Source: Desulfatiglandales bacterium (GTDB lineage Bacteria; Desulfobacterota; DSM-4660; Desulfatiglandales; HGW-15). Taken from it: a stretch of 64,000 bases of DNA. Below, one piece after another: positions 1 to 9,947 of the stretch; within the stretch, counting starts at the first letter, position 1, and each line of letters opens with the position of its first letter. The translations under genes were made by a program, and so were the position numbers. Location: positions 1,888,001-1,952,000 of the forward strand of contig CAXXJJ010000001.1 of the NCBI GenBank assembly GCA_963667015.2. The letters run 5' to 3'. Below the pieces are notes generated by a model that saw only the letters and a list, made by a program, of their open reading frames with translations, was not told the origin of the DNA and made no database searches.

Positions 1-3
1 CCG

Positions 4-70
4 GGAGAACAAAATCGCTATTTAGCGGATTTGGCAATATCGCCATTTCCGCTGAATAGCATAGTTGAAT
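4..70 (-). repeat. attC-like site
   Basis: GAAC...GTTGAAT ends enclosing the inverted repeat GCTATTTAGCGGA/TCCGCTGAATAGC. Confidence 0.65.
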
Positions 71-92
71 AGTTATATTGCCTCATTTCAGC

Positions 93-154
93 TTTTGACG
101 AAAAGTTCACAGGCGGCGTCTTATCCCCCGGTCATGTGAAACGTCTGGTTCGCT
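93..154 (-). repeat. attC-like site downstream of the antitoxin (core mutated GTT>GTC)
   Basis: TTTTGAC...TTCACA..TGTGAA...GTTCGCT, 4 nt past the stop codon of 159..434. Confidence 0.6.
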
Positions 155-158
155 GACT

Positions 159-434
159 TCATGCAACTTCCAGGTGGAGTTGTTTACCCAGGGCTTGAGC
201 ATAATTAACTAATGTAGATAGGCGGATATCCTCAGCATGATTTTCAATTCGGGATATTGCAGATTTTTTTGTTCGCAATTTTTTAGCGACATCCTCTTGC
301 GTATAACCTGCCTCAAGTCTGGCTTGTTTTAATAAAACACCTATTTTGAATTGTTCATAGCCTTTATCAAAGTTCTTTTTAAACTTAGGACTTTTTTTCT
401 TTCTTTCTTCAATATATTTATCAAGATCGTCCAT
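159..434 (-). CDS. XRE-family HTH antitoxin
   Basis: HTH motif [21 protein letters not shown]; directly downstream of a RelE-like toxin. Confidence 0.9.
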   Translation of the reverse strand: MDDLDKYIEERKKKSPKFKKNFDKGYEQFKIGVLLKQARLEAGYTQEDVAKKLRTKKSAISRIENHAEDIRLSTLVNYAQALGKQLHLEVA

Positions 435-438
435 TTGT

Positions 439-783
439 TTACCCCCTGCTTAAAAATTCTTTCTTTCTTTTTTCCGCCAACTTTATTTCATTTATTGGAG
501 TTTTTTGACTCTTCTTCTGAAAAGAATTCGTAAGTATAATTATTTCTCTTCCTTGAAAGAAACCAAGTAAACGGAATGTGTTATTGCCTACATCAACTCG
601 GACTTCCCAAATGTCATCAGTGTTTTTGAGTTTCTTGAAATATTTTGCCGGAACCAAATCTAATTCCCGTACCAATTTCAATACCCATGCTATTTTTATT
701 ACCTGGATATCTGAAAGAGTATCCAAATAAGATTTGACAGGGCATTTTCCTGATTTTGTTGTGTAGAAACTTATTGATTTCAT
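439..783 (-). CDS. RelE/ParE superfamily (Gp49/HigB-like) toxin
   Basis: CPVKSYL...IWEVRV...FRLLGF...[11 protein letters not shown] motif pattern; toxin-first TA order. Confidence 0.9.
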   Translation of the reverse strand: MKSISFYTTKSGKCPVKSYLDTLSDIQVIKIAWVLKLVRELDLVPAKYFKKLKNTDDIWEVRVDVGNNTFRLLGFFQGREIIILTNSFQKKSQKTPINEIKLAEKRKKEFLSRG

Positions 784-789
784 GGTAAT

Positions 790-818
790 AGAGTAAACAT
801 ATATGTGAACATTGTCAA
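790..818 (-). promoter_or_regulatory. sigma70 promoter with palindromic operator; probably leaderless toxin mRNA
   Basis: TTGACA-17 nt-TACTCT, 6 nt before ATG; near-palindrome GTTCACATATATGTTTAC in the spacer. Confidence 0.7.
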
Positions 819-1099
819 GCGGGATATTTTCCTCTTATTAATAAAGGGTGACGCTGTATTAATAAAGTAAAAGGGGACGGTGGTTCCGAAGCAATTTAAT
901 TGAACGAAAAGGGATGCGAAAAGGAGCGGGGTCGTGACCCGATTTAACAAATACAGAGAATGTTTAATTGGATAAATCTTCACTTTTGACAGTCAGAAAG
1001 GGTCGCCGATTAGCTTTTGTTTATGTTAAAACAGGAAAATAAAAAATGGATTTCCCGGTTTCGCCTTCACGAAAGCTACATTTATTCATAAAATATTTA

Positions 1100-1128
1100 T
1101 TGATACCTATACCACTATCCGGTATAAT
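1100..1128 (+). promoter_or_regulatory. sigma70 promoter of higBA
   Basis: TTGATA-17 nt-TATAAT with ATACC-N7-GGTAT inverted repeat. Confidence 0.65.
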
Positions 1129-1153
1129 TTGTGCAAAATATTAAAGGCAAAAA

Positions 1154-1453
1154 ATGGCGATTCTGAATTTTAAAACCAAAGGCACTGAGGATATAAATTA
1201 TAACAGGATCACAAAAGAAGCTCTTAGAATCCTTCCCAGGGAGTTACATCTTAAAGCTCGGATAAAACTTGCACGCCTGGGCGCTGTAACATCAATGCAG
1301 GATTTGCTGGAAATACGCGGGAACAGGTTTGAAAAATTGTCAGGAGATAGAAAAGGCCAATTCAGTATACTGATTAATGATCAATATCGGATTTGCTTTA
1401 AATGGGAAAAAGAAAATGCCATTGATGTCGAGATTATCGATTATCATAGATAA
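1154..1453 (+). CDS. higB: HigB-family (plasmid maintenance killer) toxin
   Basis: GNRFEKLSGDRKGQFSILINDQYRICFKW...EIIDYH. Confidence 0.9.
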   Translation: MAILNFKTKGTEDINYNRITKEALRILPRELHLKARIKLARLGAVTSMQDLLEIRGNRFEKLSGDRKGQFSILINDQYRICFKWEKENAIDVEIIDYHR

Positions 1454-1464
1454 GGAGTCATATC

Positions 1465-1749
1465 ATGGATAAAATACATTATACACCCATTCATCCGGGT
1501 GAAGTGCTAAAAGATGAACTTGAGGAGATGGGGTTAACTCAAACTACATTAGCAAGACACATTGGAGTACTTCCAAAGACAATCAACGAAATCTGTCGAG
1601 GTAAAAGAGGAATAAGTGCTGAAATGTCTATGAAACTCTCAAAGGCTTTTGGGGGCAGTCCTCAATTCTGGTTGAATTTACAAAATAACTGGGAGATCAG
1701 CCAGATCGATGAAAGTGTTTTTGAAGATATTAAACAAGTTGCTGTATAA
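1465..1749 (+). CDS. higA: HigA-family antitoxin
   Basis: PIHPGEVL...SPQFWLNLQ signature. Confidence 0.92.
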   Translation: MDKIHYTPIHPGEVLKDELEEMGLTQTTLARHIGVLPKTINEICRGKRGISAEMSMKLSKAFGGSPQFWLNLQNNWEISQIDESVFEDIKQVAV

Positions 1750-1824
1750 TAAGCCATTTTTTTAGAATGATGATCTTCATATCTTTTAAGTGCAGACTGA
1801 AGTAATGAAAATAAATAGTTTTCT

Positions 1825-2055
1825 TCATCCTGACAGAATCCAATATAACAAGCCAAAAACAAATGGATGCCTGCCTTCAAAGACATGTGAGAGAAATTCA
1901 GGCAGGGTAATGTTTTTATCTTTTCTCACCATAAAGGCTGCCAGCAGGGCCATTCCCCATGCTCCGCCCTCTCCTGCGGTTTTAAGGGTGGAAACGGGTG
2001 TGCCGGTAGCTGCGGCCATGATTTTTTCCCCGACTCCCGGAGATTTGAAAAGAAA
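1825..2055 (-). pseudogene. C-terminal remnant of an FGGY-family carbohydrate kinase
   Basis: LFKSPGVGEKIMAAATGTPVSTLKTAGEGGAWGMALLA resembles an FGGY C-terminus; no N-terminal part present. Confidence 0.65.
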
Positions 2056-2442
2056 AGCAACTGTGTCAGGTCTTTAATTTTTACAGGGGGCTGGAGAATG
2101 TTCTGAAAGACCTCTACGATTCCTTTGATGCAAAACCGTCAGTGAAAAAACTTAAAATTCTCCTTGATTACAGGGCTTCGGTTGAAGATGTGTCAATTAC
2201 ACCTGATAAGCTCGTTATTACAGAGCTTAATGATATAATAGAAGTGCTCGCAAAGGCTTCTCATGCGACATATGGCGCAATAAGCGAAAAAAAGAGGGCT
2301 GGGAATGGGTGCCTGCAAGGGTAGAGAAAGACAATACTGGATGAAGGATTTTCTATTGTAAAATAGATAATATAAAAATTGTTGATCTGCTGTGTGCTCT
2401 GTGTTGAATCCTCTTTTAAAAAAAGATAATATTAACCAAACA

Positions 2443-2478
2443 AAAAGCCTGCACCCTGTGAAAAGGGGCAGGCTTTTT
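2443..2478. terminator. Rho-independent terminator after the AOR gene
   Basis: AAAAGCCTGC..GCAGGCTTTTTT hairpin with A/T tracts on both sides. Confidence 0.7.
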
Positions 2479-2494
2479 TACTAATGCTTAACGG

Positions 2495-4609
2495 CTATCC
2501 TAATTTATTCTTGGACTTCATATAGTCGGCTACTTTTTTCATTCCGAGACCTTCATAGGTTTTCCGTGTAGGATATCCTGAATCCTTATCCCATCCTTCA
2601 ACCTTATAGAAGTGGTTCTTCCACTGCTCGACTCCATCCTCGGTGAAATAAAGTTCTTTGCAGTCTTGCCAGTCCCAGTTCTTTCCATCATATATTGGTT
2701 TGCTGGTGTCATAACCGCAATATGATGCCCCGGGTCTATAATAGTATCCCGTGAACTTCTCCATATTTCTGTGTCTTCCCTGAAGAGCGAAAATTGCACG
2801 TTTCAGGTTCCATGCACGGCGCCCAATTTCCAGGCCATCCTGGAAGGTGTCGTTTCTTCCGGTAATTGCATTCAGGTATTTTGGCTCAGCTTCCGAAGTA
2901 TGCCCGTATCCCTTTGGATGGCTTGCATTAAAGAGTTTGGCATAGCCCCAGTCACAAAAACCAACAGATTCCTTATAATAGGTCCAGTAATGCATACGCC
3001 ATGCAACAAATTCCGCTGTATGTTTTGAAAAGATACCGGTTTTATAAGCCTGATCACCCTTCCAGCTGAAATCAAACCAGTAGGGGTTGTTTCCGGTTGT
3101 TCGTTCGGCCATGACGTTTACAAACTTTTCACAGGTCCATTTTGAATCACCACCACCTCCGCCGAAGCCGCGGGAAGGATTAGCCATACCCATGTCATGA
3201 CTGTTTATATCTCTGGAATCCATCAGGTTACCGTAAGCCCAGTCAACACCCGGCATTGACCAGTGATCCATAAATCCCCACATAGTCTGTCTGCAGATGG
3301 TTTTAAAGTCATCTGTTCGTCCGAGTTCTTCACAAAAACGTGCAGTACCTTCAGCCAGAAGATTACCGATACCATATCTGTTTGCAAGAGCGATCCCATA
3401 GATTTCCATGAACTCCATGGATGGGAACTTGCTCATATCGAGCGGGGCCATATCATATTTGGTGCCCGGACCGATTATGCCCATATCAAACATTCTCTTC
3501 ATGTACCAGCCAAGAGCCGAATATGCCGGAACCTCGGGTTGAATCGGGAAATCCGGATTATGTGAAGTAGAAAAGGCCATTGGGCCCTGGAAACATGTTT
3601 CCATGCCATTTATACCAAGCTGCTGGATTATGTCGGTTCCTTTCCTGTTCATCAGGCTTATTTCAGGTCCTCTGGGTTCCAGTCCTTTAGCATCCTCTTT
3701 CGTCAGGCTGCACCATGTTGATTCAGCGCAGTCATCTGAATCCTGGCTGTATGCCCTGGTTCTGTTATGACATTTTCTTGCATGACCGCAGGCAACACAG
3801 CAGGAGCTGACATCATTGCCGCCGCCAAATCCGCCAAAACCTCCTCCTCCGGACGGCCATGTCCTGTCATACCAGTCCCTTGCATCCTTCAATCCTTTGG
3901 GGTCGGCTATTGATATGCCTTTTGTTCCAATAACAGCTACTGCTTTGAGGTTCTTTGATCCGAAAACTCCGCCAAATCCACCCTGTCCGGCACCGCTTCC
4001 TCCTCCATGTACCAGTGAAGCAACCCTGGTCATGTTTTCACCTGCTGCGCCGATAGTTACAATAGCCGGTCTCTGAAGGGTATACCTGTCACCAATTTCC
4101 TGCCATTCCTGACCGTATCGGACGCCGGATTTTTTCCATATCTCTTCCTGGCATTTCCATGTTGTAAGTCCCCACAGATCTTTGGCATCTTCAATGGTGA
4201 CTTTGTCATCTACTATATTGATATATACCGGAGATTCCGCCCTTCCTATGACCGCCACACCATCCCAGCCGGCCATTCTCAAGAATGTGGAAAACATACC
4301 TCCAAAATTACTGTGTGAAAACCATTGTATCGGATAACACTGAGGTGACAAGCCGGATACGCTTGTCCTTGCTCCCCATGGAACACCTGTTCCGCCTAAG
4401 AGCCCGGGCATAAGGGCAACCATGTTTTTGGGGTTAAATGCATCCTGAAGGTCCCAGTCTCCCGGTTCAACACAAAACTCCCAGAAAAGAGCTGTTGCCA
4501 TTCCATGACCAGCGCCATATGGTTCATATTTTTCTGTATCTAATGGTATTATTTCTTTGGTAGTAAGATTAACTAACAGTATCTTTCCACCGTATCCTGG
4601 TGTAGCCAT
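2495..4609 (-). CDS. aldehyde:ferredoxin oxidoreductase family (W/Mo-pterin) catalytic subunit
   Basis: GYGGKILLVNLT start, GVFGSKNLKAVAV, C-terminal FYKVEGWDKDSGYPT. Confidence 0.88.
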   Translation of the reverse strand: MATPGYGGKILLVNLTTKEIIPLDTEKYEPYGAGHGMATALFWEFCVEPGDWDLQDAFNPKNMVALMPGLLGGTGVPWGARTSVSGLSPQCYPIQWFSHSNFGGMFSTFLRMAGWDGVAVIGRAESPVYINIVDDKVTIEDAKDLWGLTTWKCQEEIWKKSGVRYGQEWQEIGDRYTLQRPAIVTIGAAGENMTRVASLVHGGGSGAGQGGFGGVFGSKNLKAVAVIGTKGISIADPKGLKDARDWYDRTWPSGGGGFGGFGGGNDVSSCCVACGHARKCHNRTRAYSQDSDDCAESTWCSLTKEDAKGLEPRGPEISLMNRKGTDIIQQLGINGMETCFQGPMAFSTSHNPDFPIQPEVPAYSALGWYMKRMFDMGIIGPGTKYDMAPLDMSKFPSMEFMEIYGIALANRYGIGNLLAEGTARFCEELGRTDDFKTICRQTMWGFMDHWSMPGVDWAYGNLMDSRDINSHDMGMANPSRGFGGGGGDSKWTCEKFVNVMAERTTGNNPYWFDFSWKGDQAYKTGIFSKHTAEFVAWRMHYWTYYKESVGFCDWGYAKLFNASHPKGYGHTSEAEPKYLNAITGRNDTFQDGLEIGRRAWNLKRAIFALQGRHRNMEKFTGYYYRPGASYCGYDTSKPIYDGKNWDWQDCKELYFTEDGVEQWKNHFYKVEGWDKDSGYPTRKTYEGLGMKKVADYMKSKNKLG

Positions 4610-4629
4610 ATTTGTACTCCTTTCCTTTA

Positions 4630-5361
4630 TTAGTGATCAGCCTTGGGTTTGCCCTTTGGAGCTCCAAAAAAATTCGGCATGGGCTTCCGGGGAGGTTGAA
4701 GATTCCGGTCATATCCATTGCTGTCGGTCTGATCCGGAAGCTCAGTTACAACCTTTAAAGCATTTGCCACACAGGCGTCAACACATGCCTGTGAACCATT
4801 GATGCCGCCCTTTTTATTAAAATAAGGGGTATCAGTACACAAGTCGCACTTCATGGCCTTTTCTGTAACATGGTTCCAAATGGGGCGGTGGGGTATAACC
4901 GGACAGGATTCTATACAGGTTTTGCAGCCTATACAGTCATCGGCATTAATCATTCGTACATTACCGTTTTCTTCGCTGATATGGCATGCACCTGTCGGGC
5001 AGTTTATAACACATAATGGTTCAGGACATTGCCTGCATGTGTGTATTTGAATATCTGAAGGATATTGTTTAAGAACCGCCCTGTGAACCTGAATTCTTGA
5101 CAGGGAAAGGTTTACCTGTCCCTCATGTACCAGTGAGCACGCTATCATGCATCCGTAGCAACCCGCGCAATTTTTACTGTCACAAATCAGATACTTTGAT
5201 GAAAGAGGATATTCCTCTTTTTCCTGGGCTTCTGCTTTTTGCGGGGCATAAACCGCCAGAGCACCTCCAGCAACAGCAGCTCCTCCAAATGCCAGGAAAT
5301 CACGCCTCGAGAATTCTTTTTTTTCAGCTTTTTCGGGGACTTTGTTTTTGTCTTTAGCCAT
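4630..5361 (-). CDS. 4Fe-4S dicluster subunit with Tat signal
   Basis: SRRDFL twin-arginine motif plus hydrophobic stretch; CxxCxxCxxxC motifs; GGAGG RBS before ATG at 5361. Confidence 0.88.
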   Translation of the reverse strand: MAKDKNKVPEKAEKKEFSRRDFLAFGGAAVAGGALAVYAPQKAEAQEKEEYPLSSKYLICDSKNCAGCYGCMIACSLVHEGQVNLSLSRIQVHRAVLKQYPSDIQIHTCRQCPEPLCVINCPTGACHISEENGNVRMINADDCIGCKTCIESCPVIPHRPIWNHVTEKAMKCDLCTDTPYFNKKGGINGSQACVDACVANALKVVTELPDQTDSNGYDRNLQPPRKPMPNFFGAPKGKPKADH

Positions 5362-5814
5362 GAATAATACCTCCATTGACTGCTTAAATTTCACCACTGT
5401 CCCGATTACTTACCTCAAAACTTCTAAGGTTCTCACTTCAATAGGGTTTTGCGGAGTATATCAGGATATTCGGCACCATCATTAAAAATACATCTCTCAC
5501 GTTATGTTAATATAAAAATATGAATATAAGGTGTCAAGACAATAATGGCTTTATACTTGAATAATATGGTTAAAAAATGAGAAGAGGAGTTAATAAATGA
5601 TCGGCTTTTGCCCTGGTAATGGCTGAGAGGTTCATTTTTGCCATTTCAGCTCTATTTTTTTGACCACATTAATGCCATAGAGGTAATTTTGAGGATAAAA
5701 ATGTTCATCCGGTGTTCATCTGGCAGATAATTGCTGTAATCCCGGAAATTACATTTTGAATTCCTCTGATTCATAACATAAAAAACCGCATAGACCGATA
5801 TAGGTTATTAAATA

Positions 5815-5955
5815 GTTTCCATCCATAAACGGCTCTTTTTCACAATCTCTGCGTCAATCTGCGGAATGACTTGTGCGATGTACTAAAGTACATCTCCGCG
5901 CCATTCCTTGAGTTCCTTGATCTTGTAAAAAATATCTCGTTTATGAATTGGAAAC
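5815..5955. mobile_element. MITE/REP-like palindromic element, copy 1
   Basis: Terminal IR GTTTCCATCCATAAAC/GTTTATGAATTGGAAAC, central GATGTAC-TAAA-GTACATC; inverted copy at 27641-27770. Confidence 0.7.
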
Positions 5956-6038
5956 CAATTAGTGCCTCAAAACTGTTTATGGATGGGCACTAAATAAATT
6001 ACTGGTTTATTAAGCTGTCTGGCAGTATAAAGATATAC

Positions 6039-7988
6039 ATGGATGCCTGTAAGAAAATTATTACCACGTGTACGAGGGACTGCCCCAATACCTGCGGACT
6101 TGTTGCAGAGGTCAGGGAAGGGCGACTGGTAAAATTGTCCGGCTCTCCCGGGCACCCTTTTACCAGGGGTGTTGCATGCCATAAGACCTCAAATTATATA
6201 AAAAGGGTTTACAGCTCAGAGAGAATAACATCTCCCATGATTCGAAGTAAATCAGGCTGGCAGGCGGTCTCATGGGAGAAGGTGCTTGATCTTATATCAT
6301 CAAAAATTAAAAGTATCATCGATCAGGACGGTCCGGAAGCTATTCTCTATTATCAGGGGTATGGAGAAAGGACTGCCCTCAAACTTCTGAACAGGTATTT
6401 CTTTAATCTCCTCGGCGGTGTAACCACGCTGCGGGGTTCTCTGTGCGGCGGAACAGGGCAGGCATCCCAGAATATGGATCTGGGTATCCGAATATCCCAT
6501 GACCCTCTTGATCACTATAATTCAAAAGCAATGATACTCTGGGCCAGAAATCCTGTTACTACCAATATCAGCCTTGTTCCGGTAATAAAGGATATAAAGA
6601 AAAGGGGCGGCAGGATTATCGCTATAGATCCCTTTAAAAACCGAACCGTTGCTCTTGCTGATCTGCATATTGCTCCGGCTCCGGGGACTGACGCATTTCT
6701 GGCTATGGCAGCATCAAAGATTATTTTTGACAACAAGGCTCAAGATTCTTCCTTTTTAGATAATCATGCTGCTGGTGCTGCTGAATATAGACATATACTT
6801 GATAAATACAGCATTGATGAACTTTGCCGATTATCCGGAATCGACAGATCTGATGCCGAATATCTAGCTTATACGCTTATGAAATATAAACCCGCATCGA
6901 TATTACTTGGCTGGGGACTGCACCGATACAGGGATGCGCATTACTCCATCCGTGCCATTGATGCCCTGGGGGCTGTGTCGGGGAATATAGGAGTGGAGGG
7001 TGGCGGAGTCAGCCAGGGGTTTGAAGAGTACGGCCCATATGATCAAAGATACTGGGGTGACTGGATGAACCCGGACAGGAGAACTCTCCTTATGCCCCTT
7101 ATCGGAGAAGAGCTGCTTAAGGCAGATAGCCCTAAAATCCGTATGATATTTATAACTGCTGCTAATCCGGTATGCATGGCCCCAAACTCCCAGAAGGTAA
7201 TAAAGGCCTTTAATCAGACAGAGTTTATCGTATACAGCGGTCACTTTATGGATGATACTGCAGAACTGGCTGATGTATTTCTGCCTGCGACTACATTTCT
7301 TGAAGAAGATGATATCATGGCAAGCTATGGCCATAACTATGTTGGACCGGTAAACAGGGCAATTGAACCTGTTGGAGAATGCCGCTCAGAATTCGAGATG
7401 TTAAAAGATCTGGCAAAACGATTTCCATTTGCCGATCAATTCTGCCGCAGCGCAGAAGAATGGCTTTTTGAAATATGTGCGCCTGTAAGGGAAAGCGGGT
7501 GCAGTATGGATGAGTTGCGTAAAGGGGCATATCGACTGCCTGAACCAATGGCGCCATATCTTGACAAGAAGTTCCCGACAAAGTCAGGCAAATTTGAGTT
7601 TATGACAGAATTCGATCCTGCCGGGCTGAATACTGAGGGTACTTCCTATCCATATAATCTTTTAACTGTGGCAGCCCATGGTTATATATGTTCCGAACGG
7701 ACCCTGACCGAACATACACCCCTCCCAGAAATATTAGTGCATCCGGCAGAAACAGAGAATTTGGGACTTGCAGATGAAAGCCTTGTGCTGATAGAAAGCA
7801 GGACAGGGGTTGTGAAATGTCTGCTTCGCACGGATACTCAAATGCGCAGAGACTGTATTGTGGCTGAGCGCGGCGGATGGATAAGGGCCGGTCACGGGTT
7901 GAACCAGCTTACACCTGATATGATAAGTGCGGTAGGGGATGGAACACCTTATTACTGTACAAGGGTAAGGCTCTCACCCTGTAAATGA
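6039..7988 (+). CDS. molybdopterin-dependent oxidoreductase (DMSO reductase superfamily)
   Basis: CTRDCPNTC Fe-S motif; DDTAELADVFLPATTFLE; C-terminal dinucleotide-binding domain. Confidence 0.9.
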   Translation: MDACKKIITTCTRDCPNTCGLVAEVREGRLVKLSGSPGHPFTRGVACHKTSNYIKRVYSSERITSPMIRSKSGWQAVSWEKVLDLISSKIKSIIDQDGPEAILYYQGYGERTALKLLNRYFFNLLGGVTTLRGSLCGGTGQASQNMDLGIRISHDPLDHYNSKAMILWARNPVTTNISLVPVIKDIKKRGGRIIAIDPFKNRTVALADLHIAPAPGTDAFLAMAASKIIFDNKAQDSSFLDNHAAGAAEYRHILDKYSIDELCRLSGIDRSDAEYLAYTLMKYKPASILLGWGLHRYRDAHYSIRAIDALGAVSGNIGVEGGGVSQGFEEYGPYDQRYWGDWMNPDRRTLLMPLIGEELLKADSPKIRMIFITAANPVCMAPNSQKVIKAFNQTEFIVYSGHFMDDTAELADVFLPATTFLEEDDIMASYGHNYVGPVNRAIEPVGECRSEFEMLKDLAKRFPFADQFCRSAEEWLFEICAPVRESGCSMDELRKGAYRLPEPMAPYLDKKFPTKSGKFEFMTEFDPAGLNTEGTSYPYNLLTVAAHGYICSERTLTEHTPLPEILVHPAETENLGLADESLVLIESRTGVVKCLLRTDTQMRRDCIVAERGGWIRAGHGLNQLTPDMISAVGDGTPYYCTRVRLSPCK

Positions 7989-8000
7989 AAAGGAGATAAA

Positions 8001-8666
8001 ATGAAGAGATTCGAAATTATCAGACCTGTTATGCTTTTGACTTTATTTATTTTTCTCATTCCTTTAATGAATGGCTGTTCTTCGGCCTATTACGGCGCAA
8101 TGGAAAAAATAGGTTTCCATAAGAGGGATATTCTTGTTGACCGTGTCGAAGATGCAAGGGACGCCCAGGCAGAGGCCCAGGAGCAGTTTAAGTCTGCCCT
8201 TGAACAATTCTCTTCCGTTGTCCAGGTTGAAGATACTGATCTGAAAAAGGCCTATGAGAAGCTTAATTTTGAATATGAACAGAGTGAGGAATCCGCCCGG
8301 AATGTTTCAGACCGGATAGACAAGGTAGAATCGGTGGCTGAAGCGCTGTTTAAGGAATGGGAGAGCGAGCTGGAACTTTATAAAAGCAATGAATTAAGAA
8401 ATGCAAGCAGCAGGCAGCTCCGGGAAACAAGAGAAAGATACAGTAAAATGCTGCAGAGCATGCATCAGGCAGAGAGCAGCATGACCCCTGTATTACGCAC
8501 TTTTAGGGACAATGTGCTGTTTTTAAAACATAATCTCAATGCCCAGGCCGTTGGATCCCTGCGTATGGAGTTTAAAAATTTAAAGGGGGAGATAGACCGG
8601 CTTATAATAAAAATGAATACCGCAATAGATACTTCGAACAGTTTTATTTCGAACCTGGAAAAGTAG
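8001..8666 (+). CDS. DUF2959-like lipoprotein
   Basis: NGC lipobox; YYGAMEKIGFHKRDILVDRV and LFLKHNLNAQA motifs. Confidence 0.8.
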   Translation: MKRFEIIRPVMLLTLFIFLIPLMNGCSSAYYGAMEKIGFHKRDILVDRVEDARDAQAEAQEQFKSALEQFSSVVQVEDTDLKKAYEKLNFEYEQSEESARNVSDRIDKVESVAEALFKEWESELELYKSNELRNASSRQLRETRERYSKMLQSMHQAESSMTPVLRTFRDNVLFLKHNLNAQAVGSLRMEFKNLKGEIDRLIIKMNTAIDTSNSFISNLEK

Positions 8667-8832
8667 AGTCTGAACCCAGTATATGCAGCCCCTGAATTAT
8701 TCAGGAGCTGACAAGAGTATAGTATTTTTAAATGAGGAAAGCGGTGTCTTGTTATGATAGATTTTGTGTGATATTAAGGGTGCATAATATATTTTATGAT
8801 TAGTTTTAGCTTTGAACATAGTGGAGGATTTA

Positions 8833-9852
8833 ATGTCAGCACATTTAACAGAAAAAGAAAATTTTTTGCGGGTTGCACGGGGTGAACTTCCCGAGTATGT
8901 TCCCGTTGTATCTAAAAAGTCTTTTAACGACCCACCCCTTATGGCTATCTGTGATCCTGCCATAATAGGAGACTTCAGGGGCCCCAGGGGAGGTTTTGAT
9001 CCATGGGGTGTTCCTTATATTGTCAGTGAAGCTGCTGAGTTTACGGCAATGCCCAGGCCGAGTGATTTTATCTTAACAGATATAACAAAATGGAGAGATG
9101 TGATAAAGGCCCCGGACCATTCAGGTTTTGACTGGGAGGCCGCGGCAAAGGCTGACTGGAAAAAGTATATTAAAGACCCGGATGTTACTTCACTTACTAT
9201 AGCAGGGTTTGCCGATTTTTTTCAGCAGTTCATCGGTATGATGGGATTTACCGAGGGCCTTATGGCAATCTACGAAGAAAGGGAAGAAGTCGAGGCGTTA
9301 TTCGATTATATGCTTGAATACTCCCTTTATATTACAAAAAATCTTATCCACTACTATAAGCCGGACGGGTATTATCTTCTGGATGATACCGCGACTCAGA
9401 TGAATTCATTTATATCTCCGCAGGTATTTGAGGAGCTCTTGGTTCCCAGGTATAAAAAATGTCTCGACATTGCACATGACGCCGGTATCCCTGTCTTCTA
9501 TCATAACTGCGGTAAGTGCGAAAATCTTATGCCCTATATGGTTGATATCGGCGTTAATGTATGGGATCCGGCCCAGACAATGAATGACCTGCCTGCCATG
9601 AAAAAGAGATACGGGCGCCGTCTGGCCATCAACGGCGGATTTGAGTATTATATGCCGCCCACATGGCCGGAATTTGATGAAGAAGAGGTCAGGAACGCTG
9701 TTCGTGAAACATTTGATATGCTGGCCCCTGATGGGGGTTTCATGTTCAATGGAGGAGTCAAATCACTTGATTTTAAAAATCCTGATGTTCAGAGGATTAA
9801 TGCAGTGATTATTGATGAAGCGGAAAAATTGAGCGGGCAGTATTACAGCTAA
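8833..9852 (+). CDS. uroporphyrinogen decarboxylase-family protein (possible corrinoid methyltransferase subunit)
   Basis: DPWGV, DDTATQMNSFISP, YHNCGK, LAPDGGF motifs; GGAGG RBS. Confidence 0.8.
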   Translation: MSAHLTEKENFLRVARGELPEYVPVVSKKSFNDPPLMAICDPAIIGDFRGPRGGFDPWGVPYIVSEAAEFTAMPRPSDFILTDITKWRDVIKAPDHSGFDWEAAAKADWKKYIKDPDVTSLTIAGFADFFQQFIGMMGFTEGLMAIYEEREEVEALFDYMLEYSLYITKNLIHYYKPDGYYLLDDTATQMNSFISPQVFEELLVPRYKKCLDIAHDAGIPVFYHNCGKCENLMPYMVDIGVNVWDPAQTMNDLPAMKKRYGRRLAINGGFEYYMPPTWPEFDEEEVRNAVRETFDMLAPDGGFMFNGGVKSLDFKNPDVQRINAVIIDEAEKLSGQYYS

Positions 9853-9883
9853 TCCCGAATCCGGATAGCTAGGACATTACCTG

Positions 9884-9917
9884 TAAAAGCGGGAGAGACG
9901 CATCACTCCCGCTTTTA
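9884..9917. terminator. bidirectional terminator
   Basis: TAAAAGCGGGAG...CTCCCGCTTTTA between convergent genes. Confidence 0.8.
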
Positions 9918-9947
9918 TATTGGATTTTTTAAACTGATGAAAAAGTA

